From: Chlorobium sp.
GTDB taxonomy: Bacteria; Bacteroidota; Chlorobiia; Chlorobiales; Chlorobiaceae
Length of the DNA: 24,000 bases
Direction of reading: 5' to 3'
Assembly (NCBI GenBank): GCA_028277225.1
Contig: JANQHB010000024.1
Coordinates: 30,266 to 54,265, forward strand
Shown here: positions 23,320-24,000 of the stretch, piece by piece
Position numbering within the stretch: the first letter of the stretch is position 1
How the letters are laid out: each line of letters begins with the position of its first letter
Notes under the pieces: generated by a model
What the model saw: only the letters and a program-made list of their open reading frames with translations
Told to the model about the DNA's origin: nothing
The model's database searches: none
Position numbers and translations under genes: made by a program

Positions 23320-24000
23320 ATGCGTGGAGACTTGACTATCAGAAAAGTACGGACCGCGTCTGGAGCAACCGCCGTTCAGGTGGTGCGTAATGAGAGGAAA
23401 AAGCGTACTATCATCAAGCATATTGGCAGCGCTCATACCGAAGATGAATGCGAGCTGTTACTTGCCGAGGCTGAAAGGTACGCTGAAGCTCATTGCCGCC
23501 AGCCCAATCTGTTCGCAGAAAATTCGGCACCCACACCGAAGCTGGACCTTGCCTGCGCCAAACTCGTTGGTGTGACGCATCTCTTTGCTCGCAATGCATT
23601 GCTTGCTTGTGCTCGGTTATGCGGCTTGCGTGACTTGCCGGAACTCTATCTTGATTTGGCGCTTATGCGCATCATTGAACCCACTTCAAAGCTGCGCACG
23701 CTTGAACTTCTGGAGTGGTACTTCAATGTTCGTTACGCTGAGCGCACGATCTATCGACAGTTACCCCGGATAGTCAAGCATCAGGAGGAAATCGAGACAG
23801 CGGCCATTCAGACTGCTCGCAATGACTTGAAAGAACCATTCAGCCTGATGCTCTATGATGTCACGACGCTGTACTTCGAGTCTTTCAAGGAATACGAATT
23901 CCAGCATTCGGGATTTTCAAAAGATAACAAGCCACAGCAGCCGCAGATCGTGATTGGCCTCATCACCACTCGTTCAGGATTCCCTGTCATGCACGAGGTA
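23320..24000 (+). CDS. IS1634-family (IS4-related) transposase, N-terminal 227 codons; the ORF continues past the window end
   Basis: My own translation from the ATG at 23320 is open to position 24000. It begins MRGDLTIRKVRTASGATAVQVVRNERKKRTIIKHIGSAH and includes LMLYDVTTLYFESFKEYEFQHSGFSKDNKPQQPQIVIGLITTRSGFPVMHEV. The DVTTLYFE ... SKDN ... Q(I/V) ... GL ... G(F/I)P pattern is what I recall for IS1634-family transposases. It is absent from the ORF track because there is no stop in the window. Confidence 0.78.
   Translation, partial: MRGDLTIRKVRTASGATAVQVVRNERKKRTIIKHIGSAHTEDECELLLAEAERYAEAHCRQPNLFAENSAPTPKLDLACAKLVGVTHLFARNALLACARLCGLRDLPELYLDLALMRIIEPTSKLRTLELLEWYFNVRYAERTIYRQLPRIVKHQEEIETAAIQTARNDLKEPFSLMLYDVTTLYFESFKEYEFQHSGFSKDNKPQQPQIVIGLITTRSGFPVMHEV
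23320..24000 (+). mobile_element. Insertion sequence (IS1634 family), left part only; the left terminal inverted repeat should lie somewhere in 23205-23319 but is not identifiable here
   Basis: The transposase ORF is described above. The element ends cannot be defined without the right end. Confidence 0.6.

Overview
The window reads as ordinary chromosomal sequence, probably from a green sulfur bacterium (Chlorobiaceae-like). That assignment is an inference from remembered HemL, RecO and LeuA N-termini and from gene content; no search was run. All product calls rest on motifs read from the ORF translations.

Gene order:
- leuA, preceded by a Leu-codon leader
- znuA-znuC-znuB
- a HAD-type phosphatase with a long N-terminal extension
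- a CaCA Na+/Ca2+ antiporter (-)
- a small membrane protein, crcB and a DUF190 gene
- hemL (-) and recO (-)
- an FmdB-type zinc-ribbon protein
- an OstA/LptA-like protein (-)
- a divergent UDP-GlcNAc 2-epimerase-like gene
- obg, a GNAT acetyltransferase and ptsH (HPr)
- a five-gene surface-polysaccharide cluster: GT4, GT2, Wzx-like flippase, YfhO-like GT-C membrane protein, GT-B protein
- the 5' part of an IS1634-family transposase that runs off the window end

I saw no rRNA, tRNA or CRISPR array. I also saw no convincing novel multi-gene system such as a defence island, toxin-antitoxin pair or secretion module.

The signals not explained by the gene list are non-coding:
1. A classic-looking leucine attenuator upstream of leuA.
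2. A roughly 280-bp tract of degenerate heptanucleotide repeats in one register, between crcB and the DUF190 gene.
3. Related composite repeats at the 3' ends of three genes, forming an inverted bracket around the OstA-like/epimerase-like pair.
4. Three copies of the palindrome TCCCGAC-NN-GTCGGGA in the only large intergenic gap of the polysaccharide cluster.

Long antisense ORFs in the track are treated as shadow ORFs.
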